NCBI GenBank assembly: GCA_964016885.1
Contig: OZ024742.1
Span: 122,884,001 to 122,948,000 of the forward strand
Source: Eledone cirrhosa
Lineage: Eukaryota
Direction of reading: 5' to 3'
Length of the DNA: 64,000 nucleotides
Both the position numbers and the translations under genes were made by a program. Below are positions 27,171 through 41,981 of this stretch, one piece after another. Positions within the stretch are counted from its first letter, which is position 1, and each line of letters begins with the position of its first letter. Below the pieces are notes generated by a model, which was not told the DNA's origin, made no database searches, and worked only from the letters and a program-made list of their open reading frames with translations.

Positions 27171-28003
27171 TAACAACACCAATAATAATAATAATAATAA
27201 TATTCATCATAATAATCATAATGAAGTATAACATGCAGGAATATGTTTATACAGGCTGGTATCGCATGTACAATTGTATTTTTAGAGAAATGAGAATGTT
27301 TTGAGAGAGCCAGTATGTCTACCCGAATGAAATGTACAGAATATATAGAGAGGGCGAGAAGTGGAATGTTATTACATAAAATTCAGTTTTCGACACCAGT
27401 AGTGTACTTGAACGCTTCTATAAAATGTCTGAACAACGTGCAAACAATTCCCAGTGTGTAAACACTCTACAAGTAATGTACAAACAGATTCAGCAATTAA
27501 CTGTTGTTTTATTTTCTTATCTTTTTGCATGCCCACATCAAGTTCCATAAAAAACATATTAAATATTTAACTTCTAAATAATCAGACATATATTTAGATA
27601 AGTGAATAAATATATTTGAATAGAATAAAAAGTCATGAAATGGTATTTTTGTCCCTCTTTGTTCTTGGTGTATTTTCGAATACGTTAGAATATCTTATAT
27701 AGATGCCATATAATGACAGAATCAGCTACAAAATACATCTGCTTATATTTATCAATGGCACGCCAATATCGGTGTTGTATTTCTGCTTCTTATGTTCTTG
27801 ATAGGTATATACAGTGACTGATTTGACTATCACAATCCAAAAATCTTCTACATGGTCATTCAACCCACTGGAAATAGCATCTAAATATCCCTTAAATCAC
27901 ATCACAGTCTTAGCGAAGGAAAAACCCTTAAATAAGGCCACCCTTCATATATAGCAATGTGCGATGGTCTGTGATGAAATTCCATTATTCAGTGGATTGG
28001 TCA

Positions 28004-28197
28004 GGCCGTGGATTGGCAGTATCAGTAGAGGGTCGGACGCCATGCTTAGCGGCAAAGAGTTACTGCCCTTTATGGTCTGAGTTCAAATCCCGCCGAGGTT
28101 AACTTTGCCTTTCATCCTTTCAGGGTCGATAAAATAAAGCACTAGTAATACACTGGGATAATTGCTGACCTTGTGCCAAACGTAGAAACAATTATTC
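28004..28197 (+). mobile_element. full-length tRNA-derived SINE
   Basis: TGGCAGTATCAG..GAGTTCAAATCCCGCCGAGGTTAACTTTGCCTTTCATCC..CTTGTGCCAAACGTAGAAACAATTATT. Confidence 0.9.
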
Positions 28198-28299
28198 ATA
28201 GACAGATTCGGCGTTGGCGAGCATCAAAATATCAACAATGATTATAACAAAACCAACAGGTCCCTTAACATGCCTCATTCTGCATTGTGGCTCTCTTGC

Positions 28300-29060
28300 T
28301 GTCCATGTTTTCCTGTTTATTTGAACCAGCTGTTTTGCAAAATCTGCATGCAACAGTTACTACAAATCGCACTGCGGGAGCGTGTAAGGTTTTAACATTC
28401 ATATTTCTTCAATAAATTATTTGAAAATATCAATATAACTGTTTTCTAATAAATTTCAATATCTCCGGTATATACACTTTTAAATAATTGAATATAGTAA
28501 CTGACGTATCACAGTATTGCCTCCCACATTTTAAAGATATCCATTTAAATATGTTAAGTATGTCAATTTATTTGCTATGATTGCTTTCAACTATCTGACA
28601 TCTAATTGCATTTTGAAATTTGACACACATCGGCTTCTGTCGCTATACTAAATGACATGTGATACATATTACTGGCTATAGAAACATTTTGATGTTCACT
28701 GTAATATTTTGGTTGCGTGTGTAGTGGACTATTGCCGAAACTCATCTCCACAGACATCTAAATTGTTCATCGACAAAGTCATTTTGTGTGGAATTTTCTT
28801 TGTGTTTGGAAGCCTTACGGTATCTGTTTCACTTTCTTACTGAATTTGATATTATTAATCACTCACATGATGGAAATTATCCTGAAGTTATCAAATTGTT
28901 GAGTATTTTCTTTACATTTCTTCGGGATCCAGCAGTTCTGTAACCGCTCTGCAAAATGTAAAGAATCAGTGTTGCTATGCTCCAAGTGATAGGAAATATG
29001 TCTCCTCAACATGACTGAACAATCATAACACATTAATGAACAATCATATGTGCTTTTATT
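28300..29060 (-). mobile_element. highly degenerate LINE RT relic, RTE-like
   Basis: IPKKCKENTQQFDNFRIISI resembles the RT motif-1 region (PKKG..NYRTISL). Confidence 0.4.
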
Positions 29061-30026
29061 CAAATAATTGCCGTCACACGTGGATTGTATCGTGCCAAGA
29101 TAATATTGTTATCACCGGTATTGGGTTGAACATACTTCCTTTGTAGACATGTTAAAATATAGACAATAAATCAAATTGTGAGAATAAACGGGATATGTTT
29201 CTTCAGGACATCGCAAAGAATCCATCATTTGTTTATCTGTGACCAATTAACTGTGCAGTGATCTACACAGACTTTCAGATTAAGTTCTCATTTTAATAGA
29301 AATAACAACACAAGCTGCAATGATAATAATTTATAACATTAGCATTGAAAATCCTTTGCACATATGACCGGCTCTTCAAAAATACGTTAACAGATTATTC
29401 TGTTTCGAAACAGTTTAAAATTCCTTATATGATATAGCGGTCTGCGACACCATCCTGGTGTTCATGTTGGGTGCATTAGTTTCTATCATCTCTGCTATTC
29501 TGCCCCCCCCCCCCACACACACACACACATACACTCTCAAGAGCGTGAAACTAATAAACATTTGTTTCTACTGCCTCTCTATTTTTGTTCCCGTCCCAGT
29601 TTTCACTATATATATATATAATTTAGCGAAAATCGCATTTCGGCGAGTAGAAATTAGCGAAAAGCAACTTCCGATTTGTGTTGGCAAGCGCTCAATGGAT
29701 GGAATATACCAGAGCGATAAACATACGTTAAACAGGCCATACAAACTGAGACGATGTTTAAGCCATTAACCACCAAGCCAAAAAAAGCGAGCAAGCTAAT
29801 CGGGTCAAACAAAATAGGATATGATTGAAATATTTACGCGGACTCCCGGGAATGATGGTAAAATCCAATAGAGGGTTTCTGCGACACCTAAATCATAATA
29901 ACGTCTGCTTAAAAAAATAATATTAATAAGCTTTTGGTATGATGATCGAACAAGGATATTACTTTTTCAACAGGTATTTTGTTCTGCGCCAGGCTTCGAA
30001 TCTCACAATGTTCTGAAAGCACATGT

Positions 30027-30156
<130 letters not shown>

Positions 30157-30205
30157 AGAGACACAAATTTGTATTTAAGTATGTTTAATGGTGAGGTTCA
30201 CGAGC

Positions 30206-30437
30206 TGTAACAGCCAATACACATCGCGAGACTCGCAACTTTGCCCCGAGTGAGGAGAGAGCTGGTAGGGGAGCCAAAATCGCCAGAAGACTCCACTTCC
30301 ACATGTTCGACTACACACCTATACGATACTTCAATATTTTGTGACTAATCACTGAATGCACCATGTTACCGTGTTTTCCTCAACATATGACTGGACTTCC
30401 CAAAATAAAGTGTTTATTGTCACGTGAGCCCGTTCCA
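30206..30437. mobile_element. solo LTR, Gypsy-like 4-bp TSD
   Basis: TGTAAC...GTTCCA termini, AATAAA at ~30404, exact GAGC duplication at 30202-30205 and 30438-30441. Confidence 0.65.
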
Positions 30438-31218
30438 GAGCTAAATATATATAAGGCAACATTTTGTAGGTGCTGTTGATTTACATGTTAAATGAGGACG
30501 AATTATATGAGATGCGTCAGATAATTTCAGATTATGTCTGATTTGGCGATTATATCGCAATTATTCTAACTGGTCCAATATTTTAACTGGTCCATCATGA
30601 ATGGTTGAATAACGAAATAGATTTCCATAGTTTCCATAGGGTGTCTTTTTGATTTACTTGTGGCAGACAACTAATGCACATGGAGGCAAATAATATAGTT
30701 ATTTGAATCCACTCTAATCTTGGAAACTCCATGATTTTGGAACCAATGAAAAATGGCTTAGGCCCGATTATAATTATGTCTTTCGTTTGGAACCGGGGGA
30801 TTTATATCCTCTGTGATGGACTAGTCATCAGCGCTTTGCCCCACCTCAGGTATTCGAATGTGCAATGTAAACAGATGTGGCTGTAATGTTTCAAAAGTAG
30901 GCCAGTGAAACTATAGGCACTGGGGTCGTTCTAGCTCGAAAGATAATCTAAAAATTGTCGGTAATGCTAGGTGAGCATACACAAATATAAAATGCTCTCA
31001 TAAGGATTAATTCATTTTCTGTTGATTTCCTTTTGCTGCCTTAATATGGAGAAAATATTCAGCAGTTTCTACATTCTTCAGCAATTAGCGAATACACAAC
31101 TTACTTAAGCACAGTTCACTTTTAATGAAGTACCAGTAACGTAGTGGGGAAATTCTTATCTATTTTCCCCTTTCCTGTCAAATTGTTGGCCTTCTGCTAA
31201 AAATAGAAACAGGTATTA

Positions 31219-31441
31219 GCGTAACGCTGAATTGGCAGAATAGGTAGATTCGTGGAAAAAATATCATTGGGATACTTGTTCCGTATCATTACATTCTGAG
31301 TTCAAATTCTCACATGGTCAACTTTGCCTTTGGCGCTATCAGGGTCGAAAAAATAAAGTGTCAGTCTCCAGGCTTCATTAATTATATTGACCTTTCCTTT
31401 CCTCACAAATTCCTGGCTTTGTACCTAAAGAGAAATCATTG
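31219..31441 (+). mobile_element. diverged tRNA-derived SINE, preceded by another SINE 3' fragment
   Basis: TGGCAGAATAGG, GAGTTCAAATTC, AACTTTGCCTTT..GGGTCGA, ends AGAAATCATT. Confidence 0.75.
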
Positions 31442-31934
31442 TTAGGGTTATAGTAGGTGAGATACCTATGAAAATAAACAAAATAAGTATTAAAGAAAGT
31501 ACCATGAATTATTTCTTTGACCCTCTACTTTTACATTCATATTCATTCGATTATTACATTTCAATAGATTAGATTAAGAAGCCATTATAATTTCTGCAGG
31601 ATATTTATCTGTGATAAGGTTGAAAAATCACCAGGAAAGAAATAACTGACAGTTAGTCACAGGAATTTAATTATATATTCCAATATTGCATAATATTTTT
31701 AATAAAAAGATTTTAAAGATGCATTAGATTATTCAATTATATATACTGTAAATTCACGCCAAAATCACACGGTTTAAACAGACAATTTTATTGTAAAAAA
31801 AGAATTACGTCCCCTGTAATGACCCATATTTTCCTCGATATAACCCTGAGAAACAAAACCAGTTACGTCCCTTGTGTTCAGCAAAGATATAAGCGGCCAA
31901 CCACGCATACTAAAAAAACATTCTTCAAAATACT

Positions 31935-32120
31935 TGTTTCTACTTTTCGCACAAGGCCAGCAATTAATCAGTGCATTACTGGTACTTTATTTTATCGACC
32001 TCGTAAGGATGAAAGGCAAAGTTAACTTCGGGCGGATTTGAACTCAGATCATAAAGAGCCGTAACTCTATGTTGCAATGCATGGTGTCCCACTCTCTACC
32101 GATACTGCCAATCCACCGCC
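31935..32120 (-). mobile_element. full-length tRNA-derived SINE
   Basis: Colinear with the 26985-27170 copy. Confidence 0.9.
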
Positions 32121-32321
32121 ACAACGAAAATATATAAACATAGCAGAAAAAGGGACAAGAGACATGTATAAATAATCTCAAAATTAATTGGAATATTAAT
32201 ACAAAAACCTTCTAAAAAACCAAAAGGTCTATCATTGCATTATTCAAACCCTGTTTTCCCTATAACGCTTTATTTGTAAAGAAACCGGTAACATTTTAAT
32301 ATTTTCAACATATATATATAT

Positions 32322-32650
32322 GTATAAACGTTTGTATTTGTAAAGCCAAAACAATGCAGGTATGGACATAGAATAAAAATGCAAATGCAAAAGATATTGT
32401 TGACAATTAGTCTTTTACCTTAAATTTATTTAAATGTCCTTAATTTTCGACAGCATGACGTGGCAACCTATTTAGAACACTGATTTAACAGCTTTAATTT
32501 CCTCCGAAGAAGACATATTATCTCGAAAATTAAGGACATTTAAATAAATTTAAGGTAAAAGACTAATTGTCAACAATATCTTTTGCATTTGCATTTTTAT
32601 TCTATATCCATATTGCATTGTTTTGGCTTTACAAATAGAAACGTTTATAC
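32322..32650. repeat. long inverted repeat (~128-bp arms, 72-bp spacer), Penelope-like termini
   Basis: 32322-32450 is the near-exact reverse complement of 32523-32650; junction carries CCGAAGA..GAAA. Confidence 0.85.
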
Positions 32651-32754
32651 GTCATTACACAATGCTTCAAGTGAACTATAACTTCCTCCATATATATATA
32701 TATATATATGTATATATATGTGTGTGTGTGTGTGTGTACGGGTGTGTGTGTGTC

Positions 32755-32802
<48 letters not shown>

Positions 32803-32816
32803 CGCGCGCGTATGTG

Positions 32817-32895
<79 letters not shown>

Positions 32896-33110
32896 CCTCT
32901 TGATTTATCAGCATAAAATCTAATCAATCAAATCTTTTGAGTATATGTTTTTTCAGACAAAGTTTACACAAGAAACACCATATGAATAATAATGTTAAAA
33001 AGTATTGGAATATACATAAACATCTAGATACGTAATTCGTAAGTAAAGTATTCCTCTATGTATTCATACTGACGCGGTAAAACCAAAAGAAACGTCTTCT
33101 GCTACATAAT

Positions 33111-33808
<698 letters not shown>

Positions 33809-34116
33809 TAACAATGCTACCAGGAAGATTGATACGTTCAATAGAATTTCGGAGTTAATTATTAGCTTTGGTTTCTCAAAGACAAACAGAAACATATATA
33901 TTATTCTATGTTAGTCGTTCACCTCGCATGTGGCGTATTTCCACTATTTTATTTTGATGTTATTGATGTTATTATTATTGTTTATATTTCTTTTCACATA
34001 TACTTTTAGTTGAGGATCTGTTAATGCTGACTTCTTACATTATTACTTTTACTGATATTGTTTTTGCATAAGATCTTGACCTGGGACATTTCTTCCTTTC
34101 CTTCATATATATATAT

Positions 34117-34177
<61 letters not shown>

Positions 34178-34317
34178 ATATAAATATATATTATATATAT
34201 CTATATATCTATCTTACTATCTATCTCTCTATATATATACACATACACAGTCACAAACACACACAGATATATATATATATATATATATATATACATTTAC
34301 ACACACCTATATATATT

Positions 34318-34368
<51 letters not shown>

Positions 34369-36201
34369 ATGATTTGGCAGGGTCATGTTGCCAATAAGAA
34401 TCTTGCTAAAGAAATATATATATATATATGTATGTATACATGTATGTATGTGTGTATGTATGTGTGTCCATATGTATATATCGGTTCAATCCCACTTTTA
34501 TAATATTAATTTTCGTCCTGAATTTCAGCTGCATCCTTTGATATGTTGTATGATTTATCGTTTCTTCCTCATCTTTTATTCCTTAGTATCTATTTTCTGA
34601 ATAAATTATACAAATAACGTCTTCATCTCCTCTTTGTCCCGACGTTTCTACATTTATTCTATCTTGTTTTTTGTATGTTTATATTTAATAATTGTTTACT
34701 TCATTATGCGTACATCTTGTAGTTTCTTATTTCCCTTTCCAAATATATACTGGAAATGTTTTCTATCAACCTTTTCCTACATTTGCTCATTGCTTTTTTT
34801 CTTGTGTGTGTGTGCTTAATATAATTACATCGTAGGACTGAACTACTGTTTAATACGTATCTGTTTTTTTTCTTATGTTACATAATCTTTGGCATTTATT
34901 CTTTTCCATTTTTGTAAATATATATTTCCTTATGACCTTTTACTTTTATAACATACAAATAAGTTGGTTTCGTTCTCTCGTTTCTAGGATTCGAAAAAAA
35001 ATGTATATATATTCAGAATTGGTGATAGAAGAAGCTCAAATATATTTTCAGCTTCAAAAATAGAACGATCGTTTGTGTGTCTTATCGGTGTAATCAAACA
35101 AACGGGTGTTTTTTTTAATATTTAACAGGTTTTAGGATGTGAGCATATCGTATTCATATAAGAAAAAGGTGTTATTCGGACCTTGTTCAGGGGTAACATC
35201 GAGATAGAGCTGCCGGATTTGAAATGATATCCTGTTTGTAAACTTGGACCAAATTAATGCAACGGATTGGACTACACTAATTGTGTCCTGGCACCAGCTG
35301 ATGTTATAAAGCCAGGTTCCAATAAATTCTACCACTCACAAACCTGAAGTTGCCCCTCTGATTAGCAAGGTTTTGATCGACATCAGGTTATAGTAGAAGA
35401 CACTTATCTAATATAGCGTGCAGTGTTATTGAACCGGAGATACACATTGCAATATGAATTGCTAAACAACACAACGATGCCTGAACTGTTAAAGTTGATC
35501 GTTTTATAAATCCCAGCATCAATTGAGACATTCTTACATGCGTTCTATCAAATATTAAATTACGAAAGACAGTTTGGCATTTGAGTACGGCATTGGCATA
35601 TTGTACATAGACTATATGTTCCTAATATAAAGTAAGGTCTGTGGTAAAATATTAATGGAGTGAGCAAATAAAATTCCATTGCCTATTTGTAAAGCATATA
35701 AGACGCATATTCCTCCTACTAATAGTCTCCCCAAGACTATCATGCATCTTATTATTTAAAGGTCAGGTTATAGAATAAAGTTAGATCTAGACCTCACTAG
35801 ATGCACGGTCTCGCAATATATGCATTTCATATTAAACTACCGAAAATTACACAGAGCAACTCATAAACTTGTGAACCAATGTCAACAAACTAAGATGTGT
35901 ATAGTTTAAAATGATAGTGAGATGGTGGCCGTTGTGATTGTTGAATCTTTATATTACCGCTAGCATTTCTGAAAAATAATGAAGACAAACTTCTGGATGT
36001 TTACAAATATCTTTTCAATGTTGGGAGAAAACAAATTTGGTAATAAGGCAATTGAGCAATAGGGATGAGGAACCCATAACAATCGATGTATCGTTATATA
36101 TATCTCTCAAAAATTAAGAGGCAAACTTAGTTAATATGAAAATCTTTTAACAATGTTTTGGCTTTCTGTATGCTATTTTAAATTTTTAAACAATAAATAA
36201 T

Positions 36202-36240
36202 TGTTTCTACTTTAGGCACAGCAATTACCCAGTGCATTAC
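36202..36240 (-). mobile_element. 39-bp SINE 3' terminus with 15-bp TSD
   Basis: TAAACAATAAATAAT at 36187-36201 and 36241-36255. Confidence 0.85.
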
Positions 36241-37142
36241 TAAACAATAAATAATACTCGTGGATTATAATATCCCGTATTTTTATGTTTTTATTCCCGT
36301 CTATAATTATAGATAAAGAGACAAATTGGAGTTGTCTTGGAGAAATTAACGTTGGGTCAATTTCAAGCGCACAAAATATAAGCAACAAAGAAAGATACAT
36401 CTATAATTAAAAACTAAATAAAAAACTAAATAAAATTTAGTGTATACTGGATAAAAACGTAGTAACATTTATTTGATGTTTTGATAAATAAATAAAAGTC
36501 AGCAACATATTTTAAGTTAAAATAAAAAAGAGATGAAGTCTGTGAATTTTTATAATGCCAACTGAATGACTGGATATTACTGAGGTATGTCACTTATTGA
36601 ATTCATTGGTAACTAGGAGAGAAATAATGATAGCCAAGTTATTATGAAAATAGGGAATCAGTAATGCGACAGACAGCACCGAAGATAACATTCTCTATAA
36701 ATAATATAGCACGGGTTCTTAAACAGCTTATAAGAGTTATATATCACAGCATATGATTAGTTTAATAACAGATATATTCCAGACAGGAATCTCAACACAT
36801 AGCCTTACCAATAACGTTTAGTAAAAAACAATAGAGATGAGATTTAAAGGAAATTTATTTGATCTCTAAATACACTGGTCAACAAAATTAAATGAATTGT
36901 ACTCATTATGAATGCAAACCAACTTTCTTAGACTAATTGTTCCTGCTGATTTCAAAATTTCACTCCATTTGTATGCAGCACGTATCAGTGTTTCAGTAGA
37001 TACATGCAAATATTTAAATATTTGTATATATGAAATCATTAACGTAATAAATAAAGACATATTATTTTTAGAAAGTAAATGAGTTTATTGAGTTAAAAAG
37101 CATCACCATCATTCTACAAGGAGTGAATACACAAAAAACTGG

Positions 37143-37495
37143 TTAAAACAAAACAGACAAAGTTAGAACAACAGAGTTAGAAACATTGTGATTTGGATTT
37201 CCTGCGGTATTCCTGATCTGGTTGATCACTGTAAAGTGTCCAGCAGTAGTCAGCCAGCATACTTTCATTCCAGAACCTTGGTACCGTTTTTCCATAGCAC
37301 TAATGTCCTGGTGAAATATTTCACCATGTTCTTCAGACATTGCTCCAAGGTTATCTGCGAAGAAATCCAGATGGGAGTCCAAGAAATGTACTTTCAGAGA
37401 CATGCGACAACCCATTGCTGAGTAGCATTTCAGAAGATTCTTGATGCCATGCTTGTAGTCCATTACCTTCTTGTTGCCCAAGAAATTCTCACAGA
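37143..37495 (-). pseudogene. DNA transposase C-terminal fragment, Chapaev/CMC-like
   Basis: GCRMSLKVHFLDSHLDFFADNLGAMSEEHGEIFHQDISAMEKRYQG motif; family name is from recall. Confidence 0.75.
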
Positions 37496-38149
37496 TCGAA
37501 TGAAGTAAAATATATGCATACTCGTGTGTGCGTACATGTCTGTGTCTGTTATTATATATAGTAAAGAATTACGTTGAAGGCTTTGAGCATCTGCATATCA
37601 ATAAATATTGTAGCATATAACCAATTCATTTCATCAGAATATAGAATTAACAACCGATTACCCCTTCAAACAACCAGCTATAGGCTAATAATCACTGATC
37701 TATTACTGAAATGTATGAATGGGTATGTAACTCGTATGGATGCCGTTTTGAAAAAAAACGACGTTTCTAGGGCATTTTAAAACCGGGTGGAGCTCATCTC
37801 CTGTCCAGCTGGAAACACAGCAGATTTCTCAGTGAGTGAATGAAAGAATGTGAGAAAAATACATAGACGACACTAATACTTGAGCGATACGTTTCTATCG
37901 ATCTTCAATTGACGAAAAGCAAATTTGTCCTCGACAGAATTTGAACTCAAACAGTAGGGAAAAAATACCGCAACACATTTTATCTGGCGTTCTAAAGACT
38001 CTGACAATTCGCTGTCTTGGAAAATAGAAATAGCGGAATACGAATCTTCTATTGGCATTATGTAAACATATGGCTCTCTAAAACCTGATCTTTAAAGCTC
38101 GGCTATATCCGAAAATCCAGAAATAAATATTCTAAGAGCGGATTTGGAA

Positions 38150-38900
38150 ATATTGACGAATAATATATGGCACACATATGTTATCCCAGCGAAAATAAAA
38201 GCCACATATAAATCTTCAGCCACCACATGCAAATCTCATATTATTACCTAAATAATAGGTGCTAAAAAGATTTAAAGGCAAAGATAGAATTTCTCAACGA
38301 CAGCGATGTGCATAGAATACCTCCTATATATATATAAGCGCAGGTCTTCGAAAAGATTAATGAGTTTAATGAAGAAAGTAGAGAAGGTCATCTCCTGGGA
38401 TGGTAACAGGTTTCAGAGTCAGATGATTGTAGAAGCTACCTTCACAAGCAGACTAGAGAATTTGAAACTTAGAATTAATGTGGTAAAAAGACCTGGACAT
38501 ATCATTTTAATCTCAAAGAAATAGGACGAAACTATTTAAGAAAAAGGAAATCGATAGTAAGGAATTGTAAAACTAGCAATATAATGTACAGTGTGACATG
38601 TACCGAGGGACAATATAAGGGCACCATCTCAATGTACATTGGAGTGCGGAACCTTACTTAATGAACGCATAAAAACCCTAAACGGGAATATATGAAAGTG
38701 ATCATTAGTGTCCTATCAACCTGTCCCACAAGAACACGGAGGCTCCTTAAGAAACATCGAAGTGCACATCATCTCCAAACATGGAAGTGGTCTAAATTTA
38801 AGACAGATTACGGGAGCAATTTATTCATCAGAAATCTAAGCTGGCGCGTCAATAGAAATATGAATGGAATGACTAGAGCATCACCAGCGCCACTGACCTG
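38150..38900 (+). mobile_element. Penelope-like element relic (GIY-YIG endonuclease)
   Basis: KTSNIMYSVTCTEGQYKGTISMYIG at ~38569-38643. Confidence 0.6.
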
Positions 38901-39599
38901 AGCTACTGGATGATATTAATCTTTCATATATAATGATATGCGTTGTTGTTTACACCAAGGTGGACCTCTACCATAAAAATCCCATCACGTTAAAAGTATC
39001 GAGTTCTACATTACTCAGCATGTCCTTTATTTAATTAGGTTGAAATGTAAAAAGGAATCTGTGAAGGTATTGTTGTTGTAACCATCCAAATATTGTGCCA
39101 TGTCTGTTTCTTATCCGCTTTTCTCTTCCATTATACTGTTGCGACTTATGTCTGTAATTTTGTGGAGAAATTTAGTACTAATCTAAAATGGTTTCGTGTC
39201 ATCCAAAACTTAATCGTGAATCTTGGAAAAGTGTATGATATGGACATTCATGATTACAAATTTATACGTTACGTTGAAATATTGGCAAATCTCGTGGGTA
39301 AATAAAGAAATATAGTGCATGGCAATAATATTTATCATCAGGACAGATTCCATCGACCATGATCAAAAGCGTTCCGGTTGTTCTAATTCTATTTTATTAT
39401 TTTTCACAAACATTATCCAATGTGTGTTATGTCTTTTATGACTGACGGGCAGGATTTGAACATTTCTTGCAGATAAGGTGACCTTCTAGAATCTCATTTG
39501 TTAGCTCGTATATAATATTGTATGTATAAAAGTACGATATATTACGTATAGTTCCATATTGCTTACGCCTGTGTGGAACTTCATGGCAGAATGACCGCT

Positions 39600-40240
39600 A
39601 TTTATTGTTGTTTTTGGTGTCTGTTCTACATGTTTGAGTGTTCAATGTTTATAACATATATTGCTGACTGCTGGTTGCGTTTAAGTTCTTTTTGGTGTCG
39701 GTATATTTGTTTCTAGGAAATAATGCCTTAGTTTTTTGAGTGTTTATTGTATATAACAAAGCTTCCTATTTCATGAGGTTTGGTGCAATGTAAAATCTCT
39801 TTGATCATGATTCTTAATATTCTTCCATCGGTTTTATGATGTCTATTCATTTGGTTTTTGTAGTTAAACTATGCATCTGTTGTCTAATTTATATTTTGCG
39901 TTCGAGTGTTTGGGTTATTTATTCAGCGGTTAAAATCTTATGTTGTTTTTATCTATAAATTTGTTAGTACATCCATTGTTAATTAGATTTTGTTTAAAAC
40001 GTTTTACTTTTATCAGATAATGTTCACTGCTGTAGGATATTAACAGTGCTCTTTTAAGTAGATATTTAATGAGAGGTGTCTTATATTTATACCAACATTA
40101 TCGGTGTACATTTAAATATATATGCTGCTATTGTGTTTCTTTTTCTCTTAATATATTTGTTGTTGTTTTGTTTACTGAAGCCGTATATTGCTTATCATCC
40201 CCAAACTAATGTTTTCTAACATTGACACATTACCACCCAT
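39600..40240 (-). mobile_element. Penelope-like element relic (RT thumb region)
   Basis: PLIKYLLKRALLIS and KRFKQNLINNGCTNKFIDKK on the minus strand (cf. the PLE L..RA..I / L.NNGY...I pattern). Confidence 0.5.
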
Positions 40241-40421
40241 TACCTATGAGAGAAGGAAGATGATTAGAAATACCTCAGTGATTTACTGGTACTTTATTAC
40301 TGACTAAGGAACAATGAAAAATGTGATCTATCCTTGAGGGAGCTATACATTAACTTCGCTAGTATAAGCAATGTGTAAGTCTAATTTTTTCTGGCAGTTC
40401 GTTCAATGACTTAGGTACTAC

Positions 40422-40768
40422 CAATCCCATTCAATCCAATCCAGGGACTCCTCTCTATTGCTGGAGGAGTGCCTCTCTGATTGACTTCCACCATTTTCTG
40501 TTTGGTTTTCATTATGTCAAGTATGTTGACGTAATCACCACCCTTGGCCCATTGGGTGTTGGTGACGTTATTTAATCCATAGTTGAGGTCGATGGATGGC
40601 AGTTGACTCTGCTGAATTCATCCATCCTTTTGTCAACTCTTATTTTTTATGCTCCTGGGGTTCCACTAACCCTCCTCCGCAGATTAGGGTCGGGTGGGTT
40701 AGCCAGATTAGTCACCAACCACTCGACAACGAAGCAAGTTATACTTGTATCAGGCAGAAGCCTGACCT
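40422..40768 (-). mobile_element. short retroposon with (ATTGG)n tail, copy 4
   Basis: (CAATC)n, GCTGGAGGAG, TTTAATCCATAGTTGAGG, TTAGTCACCAACCACTCGAC, GAAGCCTGACC shared with the other copies. Confidence 0.7.
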
Positions 40769-40952
40769 GTTAGTTAGTATATATTATAGTAAATATAGAT
40801 ACACTAGTACAGTCCAGATTTTCGAATACAAGATGGAGCTTAATGAGTATTGAAGAGGGTGTAGCGACCAGAATATTGTAAATAAAAATGTAGATATTTT
40901 CACGTATGATAATGATAATTCTTCATCTCAGCCATCAATAGTACACATATGT

Positions 40953-41223
<271 letters not shown>

Positions 41224-41629
41224 CAAGGTTTAGCAAATAAGAAAAAGTTTCAAAATAAATTTCAAAACATTCACTGTACTCACTATGGTTACCTTTACCG
41301 AATCCGTTTCGAGTCTTAAAAATAAATGGACAGTCCTTGCGGCCTTCCATTGAAAATATAAACTCTCGTCAGAAGGTTCTTTTCACTCGGAGAATATAAA
41401 ATTCCCGAGTTCAAATTACGAACTGGCGCTATTTAAATTTGTTCCCGAGATGAGAATGAATGATGTGGAAGCAATTCTGTCCAGTGCCGTGTGTAAAGAT
41501 AGAAGCAGAGCCCTGGACGCTTTTTTGCGTGTAGGGATATATACTTTATTATTATGATACTCCCCTTGGTCGAGATAAAATTTGGTCGTTTTGACTGGTA
41601 CTATTTATAGTGGCAATTGACTGACCTCC

Positions 41630-41840
41630 CTGCCTCAGACGCATTCCCCTTATCAGATGGCAGGAAATAGTCCCCAAACACAGAGGTCGTGGAACGTGCA
41701 AATTTGGGCAGCATGTTCACCATTCTCAGTTACAGGCGTCTTCGTTGGCTAGGCCATGTCATTAAAATGGCCTCAGGTCACATTCCAAAATAAGTATAGT
41801 ACAGTTAGCTGCCTGAGGGCTCACAACGTGCAGGGTGGCG
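41630..41840 (+). mobile_element. RTE/BovB-like LINE fragment
   Basis: NTEVVERANLGSMFTILSYRRLRWLGHVIKM..HIPK motif. Confidence 0.7.
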
Positions 41841-41936
41841 AGGTTAGTCTAATCAAATTTACCATATGTTAAGCTGAAAACTTCAATGATGCTGAAACCC
41901 ATTGATGATTATCCCAGTAAACATATCCTGAAAATC

Positions 41937-41980
<44 letters not shown>

Positions 41981-41981
<1 letters not shown>

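Noticed and set aside
28004-28100. tRNA gene
   Set aside because: Box A/B belong to a multicopy SINE head; no cloverleaf
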